From: Bacteroidota bacterium
GTDB lineage: Bacteria; Bacteroidota; Bacteroidia; NS11-12g; UBA955
DNA length: 64,000 nt
Direction: 5' to 3'
NCBI GenBank assembly: GCA_040386935.1
Contig: JAZKEQ010000006.1
Span: 42,482-106,481 of the forward strand
Below the pieces are notes generated by a model. That model was not told the DNA's origin. It saw nothing but the letters and a program-made list of their open reading frames with translations, and made no database searches. A program made the translations under genes and the position numbers. The first letter of the stretch is position 1. Every line of letters begins with the position of its first letter. Below, piece after piece: positions 22,136-33,128 of the stretch.

Positions 22136-22516
22136 ATGCAGTCAGTAAAATTTACAACCGTTGATGAATACTTGGCAACTGTGCCACAAGATGTTAGGGC
22201 CATGTTGGAAACACTGCGTGCAACTATTAAGAAAGCTGCACCTAAAGCCCAAGAGGTAATCAGTTACAATATGCCGGCCTATAAACAGCACGGTGTTCTG
22301 GTGTATTTTGCTGCTGGTAAAAATCATATTGGGTTTTATCCTACAGGTAGTCCCGTGGCAGTTTTCAAGGAAGAGTTAAAGGATTACAAAACATCAAAGG
22401 GCGCTATCCAATTTCCTCTTGATAAAGCCATTCCAAAAGCGCTTGTAACCGCTATTGTGAAGTATAGAATAAAAGAAGATTTGGAATATCAGGCACTGAA
22501 GAAACTCAAAAAATAA
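22136..22516 (+). CDS. DUF1801 (YdhG-like) protein
   Basis: VDEY, ISYNMPAY, HIGFYP, SKGAIQFP. Confidence 0.88.
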   Translation: MQSVKFTTVDEYLATVPQDVRAMLETLRATIKKAAPKAQEVISYNMPAYKQHGVLVYFAAGKNHIGFYPTGSPVAVFKEELKDYKTSKGAIQFPLDKAIPKALVTAIVKYRIKEDLEYQALKKLKK

Positions 22517-22594
22517 TTTTTTTAAAGCCAGATAATCGTTGATGGATAAGGGATTCAGCGGTTTATATTAAATGGAATTGAAAAATAAATTTGC

Positions 22595-22635
22595 GCAATC
22601 GTTCGGTTGCGTTATATTTGCAACCGAACGATTGC
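22595..22635 (+). promoter_or_regulatory. ArsR-type operator: perfect 16-bp inverted repeat flanking the TATATTTG promoter box
   Basis: GCAATCGTTCGGTTGC-9 nt-GCAACCGAACGATTGC, ending just before the ArsR ATG. Confidence 0.8.
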
Positions 22636-22642
22636 ATTAAAA

Positions 22643-23011
22643 ATGAGAAGAGATGTTTTTCAGGCCATAGCCGACCCAACCAGAAGGGATATTATTAATT
22701 TAATCGCCAATAAATCCCTGACGCCAAATGGCGTGGCAGATAGTTTTGATGTAAGCCGACAAGCCATTTCAAAACACATTAAAATACTGACAGAGTGCGG
22801 CATTATTGTCATCAATCCTGTAGGTCGCGAAAGGTATTGTTACATACAGGCCGAGAAACTGAATGAGGTGAATGATTGGTTGCAAAATTTCAGACAATTG
22901 TGGGAGCAACGTTTTGATAAACTGGACAATCTGTTAACCAAACTACAAGCGAAAGAAGTCAATCCCGTAGTGTCGGGACTAACTAAAATAAAAAAAAGTA
23001 AATCAAAATAA
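22643..23011 (+). CDS. ArsR/SmtB family transcriptional regulator
   Basis: DVFQAIADPTRR, SRQAISKHIKIL, GRERYC. Confidence 0.92.
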   Translation: MRRDVFQAIADPTRRDIINLIANKSLTPNGVADSFDVSRQAISKHIKILTECGIIVINPVGRERYCYIQAEKLNEVNDWLQNFRQLWEQRFDKLDNLLTKLQAKEVNPVVSGLTKIKKSKSK

Positions 23012-23014
23012 GAT

Positions 23015-23494
23015 ATGACAACTCAAAAAATGTCCATCTGCTTATGGTACAACAACGAGGCTGAAGCAGCAGCAAAACACTACACGTCTATTTTTAAAAA
23101 TTCAGAAATGGGCCATGTATCACGTTATGGTAAAGAAGGATTTGAATTTCACGGTCAACCCGAAGGCACAGCCATGACAGTATCTTTCCGATTGAACGAC
23201 ATGCAATTCACAGGATTGAATGGTGGCCCTCAGTTTAAATTCACAGAAGCCATTTCAGTAGTGGTGAATTGTGAAACACAAGAGGAGATCGATTACTATT
23301 GGGAGAAATTAAGTGAAGGTGGTGAAGAAGGTCCTTGCGGCTGGTTGAAAGACATGTTTGGTGTATCGTGGCAAATTGTTCCCAATGCACTTTCAAAATT
23401 GTTGAGCAGCACAGAACCGGGAAAAGCACAACGCGTAACTGCAGCATTTTTACAAATGAAAAAATTTGATATCCAGAAATTGATTAACGCATAA
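23015..23494 (+). CDS. VOC family protein (PhnB-like)
   Basis: LNGGP.FKF, CGWLKD.FGVSWQ. Confidence 0.9.
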   Translation: MTTQKMSICLWYNNEAEAAAKHYTSIFKNSEMGHVSRYGKEGFEFHGQPEGTAMTVSFRLNDMQFTGLNGGPQFKFTEAISVVVNCETQEEIDYYWEKLSEGGEEGPCGWLKDMFGVSWQIVPNALSKLLSSTEPGKAQRVTAAFLQMKKFDIQKLINA

Positions 23495-23498
23495 TAGC

Positions 23499-23990
23499 AT
23501 GGCAAACAAAACCACTATTACAGCAGAACCGGGCAAGCAGGAATTTTTCATCACGCGCGAATTTGAAGCGCCAAGAGAATTGGTGTTCAAAGCGTTTAAT
23601 GAACCTGAGTACCTGGTGCAATGGTTAGGCCCTAACGATATGGCCATGGAAATTGAAAAGTTTGATAACCGCTCAGGTGGATCATATCGCTTCATCAATC
23701 GCGATGGGAAAGGATGCCAGTACAATTTCAATGGGGTGATACACGAAGTGAATTCACCGGATAGAATCATCCGAACATTTGAATTCGAAGGTCTGGCAGA
23801 AAGGGGACATGTGTCTTTGGAATTTCTGACACTTGAACCATTGCCGGGCAATAGAACCCGCTTGCATATCCAATCGATTTTCAAATCTGTTGCCGACCGC
23901 GATGGCTTGATACAATCGGGTATGGAAGGCGGCATGAATGAAGGGTTTGAAAGATTGGAAAAATTGTTTGAAGGGAAGGCGGTACAATAG
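23499..23990 (+). CDS. SRPBCC (AHSA1-like) protein
   Basis: TREFEAPRELVFKA, SGMEGG. Confidence 0.88.
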   Translation: MANKTTITAEPGKQEFFITREFEAPRELVFKAFNEPEYLVQWLGPNDMAMEIEKFDNRSGGSYRFINRDGKGCQYNFNGVIHEVNSPDRIIRTFEFEGLAERGHVSLEFLTLEPLPGNRTRLHIQSIFKSVADRDGLIQSGMEGGMNEGFERLEKLFEGKAVQ

Positions 23991-24002
23991 GAGATAAGGG
24001 GT

Positions 24003-24215
24003 ATGGTTGAAGTATTCAAAACCAATATAGAAGAGACTTTTCAAAGTAAGATTGTAGCCGCAATTTTAGAAGCACATTTTCCGGGGTATAAAGTAAATTT
24101 CGATCTCGATGATTGTGACAGAATATTGCGGATTGAAGCAGCTGAGATTAATCAGAGCAGTATAAAAACAGTTCTCAATGAAAGGGGTTACATTTGTGAA
24201 GTACTGCCGGATTAA
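24003..24215 (+). CDS. Small conserved-type hypothetical protein
   Basis: MVEVFKTN..NFDLDDCDRILR..CEVL, in operon. Confidence 0.7.
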   Translation: MVEVFKTNIEETFQSKIVAAILEAHFPGYKVNFDLDDCDRILRIEAAEINQSSIKTVLNERGYICEVLPD

Positions 24216-24235
24216 TAGTTAATACAATTAAAAAA

Positions 24236-24649
24236 ATGGATAAGATTAATTTAGTCAACGACATCAAAATATTTTATGTCACCGCTGCATCATTCCCTGC
24301 CGGTATCATGGATGCACAAGAGCAGTTGTATGCCATTGTACCCTTTTCACCCGACAGGAAATTCTTTGGTGTGTCGCGACCGGAAGATGGCAATGGCATT
24401 GTGTACAGAGCAGGTGCTGAAGAAAAAAAACAAGGCGAAGCTGAATCTTTGCATTGTGAAACGCTCACCATTTTTAAAGGGCAATACATCAGTTTAACGG
24501 TTACAAATTATCAGGACGATGTACAAGCCATTACACGGGCATTTGAACAGTTACTCATGCATCCCCATCTCGATCCTCAAGGGTATTGTGTAGAGTGTTA
24601 TATGAGCGACCGCACAACGGTGAACTGCATGATCCGGTTGGCAGATTAA
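24236..24649 (+). CDS. GyrI-like effector-binding protein
   Basis: A.SFP.GI, FFGVSRP, YCVE.Y. Confidence 0.65.
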   Translation: MDKINLVNDIKIFYVTAASFPAGIMDAQEQLYAIVPFSPDRKFFGVSRPEDGNGIVYRAGAEEKKQGEAESLHCETLTIFKGQYISLTVTNYQDDVQAITRAFEQLLMHPHLDPQGYCVECYMSDRTTVNCMIRLAD

Positions 24650-24729
24650 ACTTTGTTTTTTTAATCGCTGATACATACAATTGTTAAGCGTATTCAATTT
24701 GTAATTATAAAACAATAGATTTGTAAACC

Positions 24730-25401
24730 ATGTTGGATACCCGTGTAAAATTAACAGAGGCAGAGCACATCGCACAACAATTATTTTCTGCAATAGAAGA
24801 ACGTCAACTCATTGTAGCAGGCAAGTCTGAAAAAATATTGAATGATGAAATTTTTGCATTGGCGGATGAATTATTCGGCATCAAAAAATACTGGCACAAG
24901 CGCATTGTGCGCAGTGGTGCCAATACCTTATTGCCCTACGATGACAACCCACCTGACTTACTATTAAAAGCAGATGATATCCTGTTCTTTGATTTTGGTC
25001 CCATCATCGAAGACTGCGAAGCCGACTACGGTCGCACTTATGTAATAGGCAGCGATCCACTCAAACACAAATTAAAAAACGATATAGAAACAGCCTGGCA
25101 TGAAGCAAAAAATTGGTATGCCTCTCAAACACAATTGACCGGTGCTGAATTTTATCAATACATCGTTGCATTGGCTACTAAATACGGATGGGCATACGGC
25201 AGTCATATTGCAGGGCACCTCATCGGTCAGTTTCCGCACGAGCGTTTAAGTCCCGGTGATTATGGCTTATACATTCATGCCGACAATCACAACGACATGT
25301 TTTTACCGGATGCCAATGGCAATAAAAGGGAATGGATATTGGAAATCCACTTCATCAATCGCGAGCAACAAATAGGCGGTTTTTTTGAGCAATTGTTGTA
25401 A
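24730..25401 (+). CDS. M24 family metallopeptidase
   Basis: DFGP..EADYGRT, GHLIG, WILEIH. Confidence 0.85.
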   Translation: MLDTRVKLTEAEHIAQQLFSAIEERQLIVAGKSEKILNDEIFALADELFGIKKYWHKRIVRSGANTLLPYDDNPPDLLLKADDILFFDFGPIIEDCEADYGRTYVIGSDPLKHKLKNDIETAWHEAKNWYASQTQLTGAEFYQYIVALATKYGWAYGSHIAGHLIGQFPHERLSPGDYGLYIHADNHNDMFLPDANGNKREWILEIHFINREQQIGGFFEQLL

Positions 25402-25458
25402 CAAAAAAAAGACCCTCATTGCTGAAGGTCCTTCTTAGTGTGTGTGTTTGAATTATTG

Positions 25459-26880
25459 TTATAACAGGCCTTCGTTAGGGTCGCCTATCATGCTTTCAGG
25501 TTTTACCCACTCATCAAATTGCTCATTGGTCAATAAGCCAAGATCAACAGCCGCTTTGCGCAAGCTGGTATTTTCCTTGTGAGCTTTCTTTGCAATTTTA
25601 GCAGCATTCTCATAACCGATATGGGTATTCAATGCCGTTACCAGCATCAGTGAATTTTCTAATTTGTGTTTAATTTCAGCGTAGTTAGGTTCTATGCCGG
25701 CTGCGCAATTGGTATCAAAACTCAATGCCGCTTCGCCTAATAAGCGCGCTGACTGCAATACATTAGTAGCGATTAAAGGTTTGAATACATTCAATTCAAA
25801 ATGACCGTTTGATCCACCGATTGTTACAGCCACATCATTGCCCATTACCTGAGCGCACACCATTGTCAATGCTTCACATTGTGTTGGGTTCACTTTACCC
25901 GGCATAATGCTGCTACCCGGTTCGTTATCAGGGATAATGATTTCACCAATGCCACTGCGTGGTCCGCTGCTAAGCATTCTGATGTCGTTGGCAATTTTCA
26001 TTAAGCTCACTGCTACGCGTTTCAATGAACCGTGTACTTCAACCATGGCATCGTGAGCGGCCAGTGCTTCAAATTTATTTGGTGCGGTAATGAATGGTAA
26101 GCCAGACAATTCTGCAATTGTTTTAGCCACCAGTTCAGCATAACCTTTGGGTGTATTGATACCGGTACCTACTGCTGTGCCACCAAGGGCCAGTTCGCGG
26201 GCAGGCACCAAACTTCTGTTAATACTGTCCAAACCGTTTTTCAATTGTTGTACATAACCTGAAAACTCCTGACCCAATGTTAATGGTGTAGCATCCATGA
26301 AGTGGGTACGACCGATTTTTATCACATCTTTAAATTCTCTTGATTTGTGCTTCAGCGTTGTTTTAAGCGCTTGTAATCCCGGAATTGTGTAATCTATTAC
26401 TTGTTGGTAAACAGCAATGCTCATGGCAGTAGGGAAGGTGTCGTTGCTGCTCTGCGATTTGTTTACATCATCATTCGGATGCAATACTTTGTTTTCGTCA
26501 GTCAGCTTACCGCCTTGCAATACGTGGGCACGGTTAGCAATTACTTCGTTCACATTCATATTGCTTTGCGTACCGCTACCGGTTTGCCATATCACCAGTG
26601 GAAACTGATCATCCAGTTTGCCTTCCAATATCTCATCGCATACTGAACAGATAAGGTCGCATTTCGTCAATGACAATACACCCAGTTTATTGTTGGTAAT
26701 AGCAGCAGCTTTCTTGAGAATAGCAAAAGCGCGGATAATTTCAATCGGCATTTTTTGATTGCCGATTTTAAAATTCTGAACTGAACGCTGTGTTTGCGCT
26801 CCCCAATAAACATGAGCAGGTACTTTCACTTCACCCATGGTGTCGTGTTCTATGCGGAAATCGTTGGCTGTAGTAGGCAT
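25459..26880 (-). CDS. fumC: Class II fumarate hydratase
   Basis: [11 protein letters not shown] signature; [11 protein letters not shown]. Confidence 0.97.
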   Translation of the reverse strand: MPTTANDFRIEHDTMGEVKVPAHVYWGAQTQRSVQNFKIGNQKMPIEIIRAFAILKKAAAITNNKLGVLSLTKCDLICSVCDEILEGKLDDQFPLVIWQTGSGTQSNMNVNEVIANRAHVLQGGKLTDENKVLHPNDDVNKSQSSNDTFPTAMSIAVYQQVIDYTIPGLQALKTTLKHKSREFKDVIKIGRTHFMDATPLTLGQEFSGYVQQLKNGLDSINRSLVPARELALGGTAVGTGINTPKGYAELVAKTIAELSGLPFITAPNKFEALAAHDAMVEVHGSLKRVAVSLMKIANDIRMLSSGPRSGIGEIIIPDNEPGSSIMPGKVNPTQCEALTMVCAQVMGNDVAVTIGGSNGHFELNVFKPLIATNVLQSARLLGEAALSFDTNCAAGIEPNYAEIKHKLENSLMLVTALNTHIGYENAAKIAKKAHKENTSLRKAAVDLGLLTNEQFDEWVKPESMIGDPNEGLL

Positions 26881-27028
26881 TTTGTTTCTGTAAATTTTCT
26901 GCAAAAATACAAAGAAAATAAGACAAAAAGCAATCTTATGCCCTTGTTTGCGCTTACTTGTAAAGTCCTATATTTGCTTTACAGGTGTAACCATTTACCC
27001 CATGCCCCGTTTTATTCAGTATTAACCA

Positions 27029-27640
27029 ATGAAATTAACCATTATAAATTGCCTCCTTTTAGCTTGTGTTTTAATAAGCTGTAACAAGGACAAGGACTTA
27101 ACGCCCACCAATCAAACAACAGATACCAGAGATGTAGAAGCCGGTAAATATTTACCCGCCTTTATGGGTAGTAAATGGGTGTATGGCAATTATGAAATCA
27201 ATGGCGCTAATAAAACCCGTTTAGGAAAACAAACCACCCGGTATGATTCTATCCCCAATTACTTTTTTAATTTTGATGACAATGATGCTTTTCTTTCTTA
27301 CGGGTATTGGTACCGCGATGGCTTGAATGATTTCAGATCGGGCGGGGCAATATTGTTGTTTACCAACAGGTATGTCAACTTTAAGAAAGGGTTGCCTATT
27401 CTCACCGATTCTTCAAGCTCTTCAAAGCGCTATGTGTATGGTGGTATTGATACAATCCAAACAACTCTTGGTAAAATTCCTTGTATTAAAACAAGTGGAA
27501 TGACTAACAGGTACCGATGGTTCAGATACTTTGGCTATGGCATTGGTGTTGTTAAAGAAGAGGAATACGACATTACAACTAATCAGGATACCATCAATCA
27601 CAGTACACTCGAATTGGAGAGTTATTTAATTAAGCGGTAA
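27029..27640 (+). CDS. Hypothetical lipoprotein
   Basis: LISC lipobox; YFGYGIGVVKE C-terminal motif. Confidence 0.65.
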   Translation: MKLTIINCLLLACVLISCNKDKDLTPTNQTTDTRDVEAGKYLPAFMGSKWVYGNYEINGANKTRLGKQTTRYDSIPNYFFNFDDNDAFLSYGYWYRDGLNDFRSGGAILLFTNRYVNFKKGLPILTDSSSSSKRYVYGGIDTIQTTLGKIPCIKTSGMTNRYRWFRYFGYGIGVVKEEEYDITTNQDTINHSTLELESYLIKR

Positions 27641-27750
27641 GTAGTTTGTTTTTTTTCTTATATCAATCTCAATATATGTAAATGATGTAAGTCCAATATT
27701 TTTCTATGAATGGCTTGGTGCTTTGCCTGCTTTTTGTTCTCTTTGCAAGT

Positions 27751-29517
27751 ATGAGAAAATTGTTTTTCATTTTATTTATTCTACCCCTTATGTCTGTCAA
27801 TGCCCAGCAAGTTGATTACTTAGTTGATATTCAAAATCCGCGTTCGCATTATGCCCGTGTCAGTGTTACCATTACCAAACCCAATGCCACTTCACTGGAA
27901 GTAAAAATGCCTGTGTGGACACCCGGTAGTTACATGGTGCGCGAGTTCGAACGCAATGTCGACCGTGTTACTGCAACCAATGAAAAAGGCGACTTAACAG
28001 TGGTTAAAAAAGATAAAAGTACCTGGACCATTGCTAACCTGAAAGGCAGCAACATCGTCACTGTGCATTACGACATTTATTGTTTCGAAGCCGGTGTGCG
28101 CACTTCATTTATCAATAACGACCACGCATTTATATTGCCAACCAGTTGCCTGATGTATGTTGAAAAAATGCAACAAGTGAAAGGCACTGTTAAATTTTCA
28201 TACCCTGAGGCATGGCATACGCTGTCAACTACTTTACCCAAAGTTGCCGACAAAACTTTTAGCTTTAACAATTACGATGAATTGGCCGACTCGCCAATAG
28301 AAATAGGCACTCACAAAGAATTGAGTTTTACTGTTAAAGGTGTACCTCACCGTGTGGCCGTGGTGGGCATCAACAATTGCCCTGAAGAAAAATTTACCAA
28401 AGACTTGCAGAAAATATGTGAAACCATGTATGCCATCGTAGGTCAACACCCTTGCAAAGAATACTTATTCATCATTCATCATGTGGACGAAGGTGGTGGT
28501 GGATTAGAACATGCCAACAGTTGTGTGGTGCAAATGCCGCGTTTGAATTACACCAAACCCGATCGTTATACAGCTTTCCTTGGCTTATGTGCCCACGAAT
28601 ATTTTCACTTGTGGAATGTAAAACGCATTCGCCCTTCAGCACTTGGTCCATTTGATTACAGCAAAGAAAATTATACGAACCTATTGTGGGTGGCCGAAGG
28701 CATTACCAGTTACTACGATGAGTTGGCCTTGTACCGCGCAGGGTTCTGGACCCGTGAGCAATATCTGGATGCATTGACAGGTGGATTTACTGCTACTGAA
28801 AATCGCATTGGTAGCCATGTGCAGTGCTTACACGAAGCCTCATTCGATGCGTGGATTAAGGAATATCGCCCGAGCGAAAACAGCATCAATTCAAATATCA
28901 GTTATTATACCAAAGGTGCGGTTGTAGCCGCTTTGTTGGATATAGAAATAGTGAAAGCTACCAATGGGGCTAAACACCTCGATGATTTGATGGCTTACCT
29001 GTATACTGAGTATTACGAAAAACAAAAAAGAGGCTTCACCGATCAGGAGTTTTATGCGGCCATAAATACCGTGGCAGGTAAAACAATTGATATGGTGGAA
29101 TGGACCACTAAACCCAATGATAAAAATACATTTGAAAAATGGAATGAAGTATTGAAAGGCATTGGTTGTTCTTTGGAAAATAAACCCAATGAAGCCATTT
29201 TGTATACAGGCATCAATACTGAATTAAAAGGGGAGAAGCTGGTGGTAAAATCTACTGATGCCGCTTCACCTGCAGTATTGGCAGGACTGGAAGCCGGTGA
29301 TGAATTAATTGCTATAGACTATTACCGCCTCAAAAATAATATGGAAGATCTGTTGAAATTATCTGTTAATGCGAATAGTGTTTCTATAACATATTCAAGG
29401 GGAGGCATCATGCGCTCCACCAGTTTAACCATGACCAAAAGTCCGAAGGTGAATTACAAGTGGATAATTTTGGAAAAAGATAATCTGCTGTTAAATAAGT
29501 GGTTAGTTAAAGCCTGA
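27751..29517 (+). CDS. M61 glycyl aminopeptidase with PDZ domain
   Basis: PVWTPGSY, GGLEH, HEYFHLWNVKR, SPA..AGL. Confidence 0.93.
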   Translation: MRKLFFILFILPLMSVNAQQVDYLVDIQNPRSHYARVSVTITKPNATSLEVKMPVWTPGSYMVREFERNVDRVTATNEKGDLTVVKKDKSTWTIANLKGSNIVTVHYDIYCFEAGVRTSFINNDHAFILPTSCLMYVEKMQQVKGTVKFSYPEAWHTLSTTLPKVADKTFSFNNYDELADSPIEIGTHKELSFTVKGVPHRVAVVGINNCPEEKFTKDLQKICETMYAIVGQHPCKEYLFIIHHVDEGGGGLEHANSCVVQMPRLNYTKPDRYTAFLGLCAHEYFHLWNVKRIRPSALGPFDYSKENYTNLLWVAEGITSYYDELALYRAGFWTREQYLDALTGGFTATENRIGSHVQCLHEASFDAWIKEYRPSENSINSNISYYTKGAVVAALLDIEIVKATNGAKHLDDLMAYLYTEYYEKQKRGFTDQEFYAAINTVAGKTIDMVEWTTKPNDKNTFEKWNEVLKGIGCSLENKPNEAILYTGINTELKGEKLVVKSTDAASPAVLAGLEAGDELIAIDYYRLKNNMEDLLKLSVNANSVSITYSRGGIMRSTSLTMTKSPKVNYKWIILEKDNLLLNKWLVKA

Positions 29518-29563
29518 CGCTTCTAGTATTTTAACTTTAAAAGACGATTTTTAGTTTTGGTTA

Positions 29564-30379
29564 TTGCTAAAACTATTACTTAAGCTACTATTTATTGGTC
29601 CATGTTTTGTCGCGCAAGCTGCGGGGTATCTGCCCTTTGCCGGTGCCGAAGCCATGGCCATGGGCAACAGCACATTGCCCGGACAAAATGCTTTTACAGC
29701 CATCAATAATCACTCCTTAATGCCCTGGCAAAAACACAAGGGCATTGGTATTTCACTCACCAATCGTTTTGGAATGGCCGATGTCAATCGCGCAGTGGTG
29801 GCCGGTGTGGTGCCTTATAAAAATTTCGGGTATGGTATGAAACTGACTCACTACGGCAACAATGCCTACAGCGAGCAAAGCATTGGTTTGTCTGTGGCAC
29901 ATGCCTTCAATGAAAAATTAGCCATTGGTTGCGGTGCCGATTATCAGTCAATCGCCATAGCAGGGTATGGACACAGAGGTGTTGTAATGGCAGAAATCAG
30001 TTTGTCGGCTAAGGTATCTGAGCAACTGTTAATGGCCTGTCGGGTTTATAATCCCACACGTGCAAAGTTCAGCGATTACAGTGATGAGCGATTAGCGACT
30101 ATTTGGCAAATGGGCCTGCAATACAAAGTGAATGCACAAGTGAAAACTGTTGTAGAAGTAGAAAAGAGCAATGCCTTTGCAGCGAATATAAAAGGCGGTG
30201 TCGACTATACCCCTGCCAAAGATGTGCACTTGCGAATGGGCTTCTCTACCCTGCAACCACAATTCACATTTGGGTTTGGTTTTAAATACAAACAATGCCA
30301 ATTCGAAGCCGCATCAGCCATTCATCAAACATTGGGTGTTAGCAGTAATTTATCAGTACTATTTGAAGTGGGTCATTAA
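29564..30379 (+). CDS. PorV/PorQ-like outer-membrane beta-barrel protein
   Basis: GA..MAMG N-terminal motif, alternating beta-strands, LRMGF. Confidence 0.6.
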   Translation: MLKLLLKLLFIGPCFVAQAAGYLPFAGAEAMAMGNSTLPGQNAFTAINNHSLMPWQKHKGIGISLTNRFGMADVNRAVVAGVVPYKNFGYGMKLTHYGNNAYSEQSIGLSVAHAFNEKLAIGCGADYQSIAIAGYGHRGVVMAEISLSAKVSEQLLMACRVYNPTRAKFSDYSDERLATIWQMGLQYKVNAQVKTVVEVEKSNAFAANIKGGVDYTPAKDVHLRMGFSTLQPQFTFGFGFKYKQCQFEAASAIHQTLGVSSNLSVLFEVGH

Positions 30380-32399
30380 ATATGGTGTGCTGCTGTTGTG
30401 TTGCATGAGTTTAAATATTCATGCACAAACTAACGATGCCGATGAGGCGCGCGACCTGATAGAAAAGTACATTGAAAATAGCGAGAGCACTGTCGACTAT
30501 ACCGACTTGTATGATCAGATAGATGCTTTGTTAAAAGTACCTGTGAATATCAATACTGCAGGTGCAGATGGGTTGATGAAAATACCTTTGATGACGCCTC
30601 AAAAAATTCAGGAAATTATAACGCATCGCAATCGCTATGGTAACTTTACGTCTATTTATGAATTGCAACAATTGGAAGGATTCGACAAGGCATTTATACA
30701 AATGATATTGCCTTTTATTTCCATTGATCAACCACTCACTTTTAAAAATATTGGCAGCCGGCAATTGTTAAAAGCCGGTACGCATGAAATGATAGGCTTG
30801 GTAACTCAACGCCTTGAACAAAGCAAAGGCTATACCTTATCCGATTCTAATCCCAACAAATACTTGGGCAGCGCACAGCGGGCCGTATTGCGCTATAAGG
30901 GCACGATAGGGGAGCATTTGCAAATTAACCTGACCACTGAGAAAGATGCAGGCGAACAATTGAATACCCGCACACTGTTTATTTCAGGCGCAGTGTTTTT
31001 AAAAGACATCAAACGTTTTAAACTCATAGCCATTGGCGATTATCAGGCAGCCTTCGGTCAGGGGTTAACATTCGGCAGCGGACTGGCATTTGGCAAGTCG
31101 CCATTTGTATTGAATGTACTGCGCACACAAAATGGATTGCGCGCTTATCGGTCATTGAATGAGAATGAATTTTTAAGAGGTGCAGGCATCACTTATCAAT
31201 TGCACAAACATGTTACCCTTACATCTTTTTATTCATCCAATAAAATAGATGCCACCGTAACTGCTGATAGCTTGCAGAACGAAGAAGGATTCTCCGGTTT
31301 CGTAACATCGGGTTATTACAGAAATACAAATGAAATTAGTAAGCGACATGCCATTACAAGGCGATTGATAGGCTCACACTTAACAATGCAATACCAGCAC
31401 TTAGAACTTGGCCTCACCGCTGTGAATACCCGCTACGACAAAGCCTTGACAACGGGTAATGAACCCTATCAATTGTACACTACACAAGGCAATACCTTTT
31501 ATAACTTTGGCATGGATTACAAATGGTATTACCACAACATGGTGGTGTTTGGCGAATGGTCCACCAATGCTTTCAATCACCTCTCAACCGTGAATGGTGC
31601 CCTCATCAGTTTGGGCAAGCAGTTAGACATCAGTGTGCTTTACAGGCATTACGACAAAAGTTATCAAACCTCCATCAGTAATGCGATAGGCGAGTACACC
31701 GACAATAAAAATGAAAATGGTTGCTATGCAGGATTTGCATTAACGCCTGCTAAAAATTTTAAGCTCAATGGGTACCTCGATGTTTACAGAGCACCTTGGT
31801 TGCGCTATGGGGTCGATGCTGCCTCATCGGGTAAAGATGCCTTGTTGGAACTGCAATACAGCAAGCGAAAAAAATACAATTGGTACCTGCGCTATCGCAA
31901 TGAGCACAAACAGAAAAATGAAGACGGCACCCAAATACTGAATCGCATGGAAGACAACGAACGCAGCATTTGGCGCTTTCATATTGAAACAAATGTGTCG
32001 CCCGCCATTACGCTGCGCAACCGTGTGGAGTGGACCAAAAGTGTGTTGCAATACGGCCAAACCACGCGGGGTTTCTTGATGTTTCAGGATGTTGTAATGG
32101 CGGCTAGTAGGCAACTAAAAATTACAGCGCGACTCATGTATTTTGATGTCGATGATTTTAACGCCAGGGTATTTGCTTACGAAAGCGATATGCTGTATGC
32201 TTTCTCAGTACCGGCTTTTCAAAACAGGGGCACAAGATTTTATGTATTGGCCAAATATAAATTGAATAAAAATGCAGATATTTGGATGCGATTTGCACGC
32301 ACTGCTTATGAGAACCAAAATGCCGTTGGCAGCGGCTACGATACTATCTCCGGCAACCGTGCAAGCGACATCAAATTGCAGATTAAATGGACCTTATAA
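30363..32399 (+). CDS. Helix-hairpin-helix (ComEA-like) domain protein with C-terminal beta-rich region
   Basis: PVNINTA..L..IP, YGNF.SIYEL..LEG; EKDAGE; TTG start inferred before signal peptide. Confidence 0.8.
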   Translation: MKWVIKYGVLLLCCMSLNIHAQTNDADEARDLIEKYIENSESTVDYTDLYDQIDALLKVPVNINTAGADGLMKIPLMTPQKIQEIITHRNRYGNFTSIYELQQLEGFDKAFIQMILPFISIDQPLTFKNIGSRQLLKAGTHEMIGLVTQRLEQSKGYTLSDSNPNKYLGSAQRAVLRYKGTIGEHLQINLTTEKDAGEQLNTRTLFISGAVFLKDIKRFKLIAIGDYQAAFGQGLTFGSGLAFGKSPFVLNVLRTQNGLRAYRSLNENEFLRGAGITYQLHKHVTLTSFYSSNKIDATVTADSLQNEEGFSGFVTSGYYRNTNEISKRHAITRRLIGSHLTMQYQHLELGLTAVNTRYDKALTTGNEPYQLYTTQGNTFYNFGMDYKWYYHNMVVFGEWSTNAFNHLSTVNGALISLGKQLDISVLYRHYDKSYQTSISNAIGEYTDNKNENGCYAGFALTPAKNFKLNGYLDVYRAPWLRYGVDAASSGKDALLELQYSKRKKYNWYLRYRNEHKQKNEDGTQILNRMEDNERSIWRFHIETNVSPAITLRNRVEWTKSVLQYGQTTRGFLMFQDVVMAASRQLKITARLMYFDVDDFNARVFAYESDMLYAFSVPAFQNRGTRFYVLAKYKLNKNADIWMRFARTAYENQNAVGSGYDTISGNRASDIKLQIKWTL

Positions 32400-33118
32400 A
32401 TACTCCTACAAAACTCAGCGTCAACATCAATAAATTGGCCACCATACGCAATGCACGTGGGGGCAATAATCCCGACATTGTACAATGGGCCAAAAAAATA
32501 GAAAGCTACGGTGCGCATGGTATTACAGTACACCCTCGCCCCGACCAGCGCCACATTCGCTTTGACGATGTGTACCTGCTGAAAGAACACCTCACTACCG
32601 AGTTCAATATTGAAGGGTATCCCACACAAGATTTTATTGACATGGTTTTAAAAGTGCAACCCGCCCAGGTAACCCTGGTGCCCGATGCCCCCGATGTGCT
32701 CACCAGTAATAATGGTTGGGATACCATTACGCACCAATCTTTTTTAAAAGAAGTGGTAAGTGCTTTTAAAGCAAAAAACATACGGGTGAGTATCTTTTTA
32801 AATCCCGAAGTGAAATATTTGGAAGGCGCTAAAGCTACAGGCACCGATAGAATTGAATTGTACACCGAAGCCTATGCCTCGCACTATCACGCTAACAAAG
32901 CAGCAGCCATAGCGCCTTACGTTACCACTGCACAGGCAGCCCTTGCCTTAGGTCTTGGTATCAATGCCGGCCACGATTTAGACCTGCACAACCTGCGCTA
33001 CTTTAGTGAGCAAGTACCCGGTCTGTTAGAAGTTAGCATAGGCCATGCCCTGGTTTGCGATGCCCTGGAATATGGCATGGCGAATACGGTGAAGATGTAT
33101 TTGAATCAGTTGGGGTAG
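32387..33118 (+). CDS. pdxJ: Pyridoxine 5'-phosphate synthase
   Basis: LSVNINK.AT.RNARG, GITVHPRPD.RHI, NAGHDL, EVSIGHAL. Confidence 0.97.
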   Translation: MDLINTPTKLSVNINKLATIRNARGGNNPDIVQWAKKIESYGAHGITVHPRPDQRHIRFDDVYLLKEHLTTEFNIEGYPTQDFIDMVLKVQPAQVTLVPDAPDVLTSNNGWDTITHQSFLKEVVSAFKAKNIRVSIFLNPEVKYLEGAKATGTDRIELYTEAYASHYHANKAAAIAPYVTTAQAALALGLGINAGHDLDLHNLRYFSEQVPGLLEVSIGHALVCDALEYGMANTVKMYLNQLG

Positions 33119-33128
33119 GGGTTTACAG

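Noticed and set aside
33098-33125. Similarity of the pdxJ stop region (GGGGTAGGGG) to the spacer motif GGGTAGGG
   Set aside because: Only about 8 bp exact and also present near 7722; too short to claim the spacer derives from pdxJ
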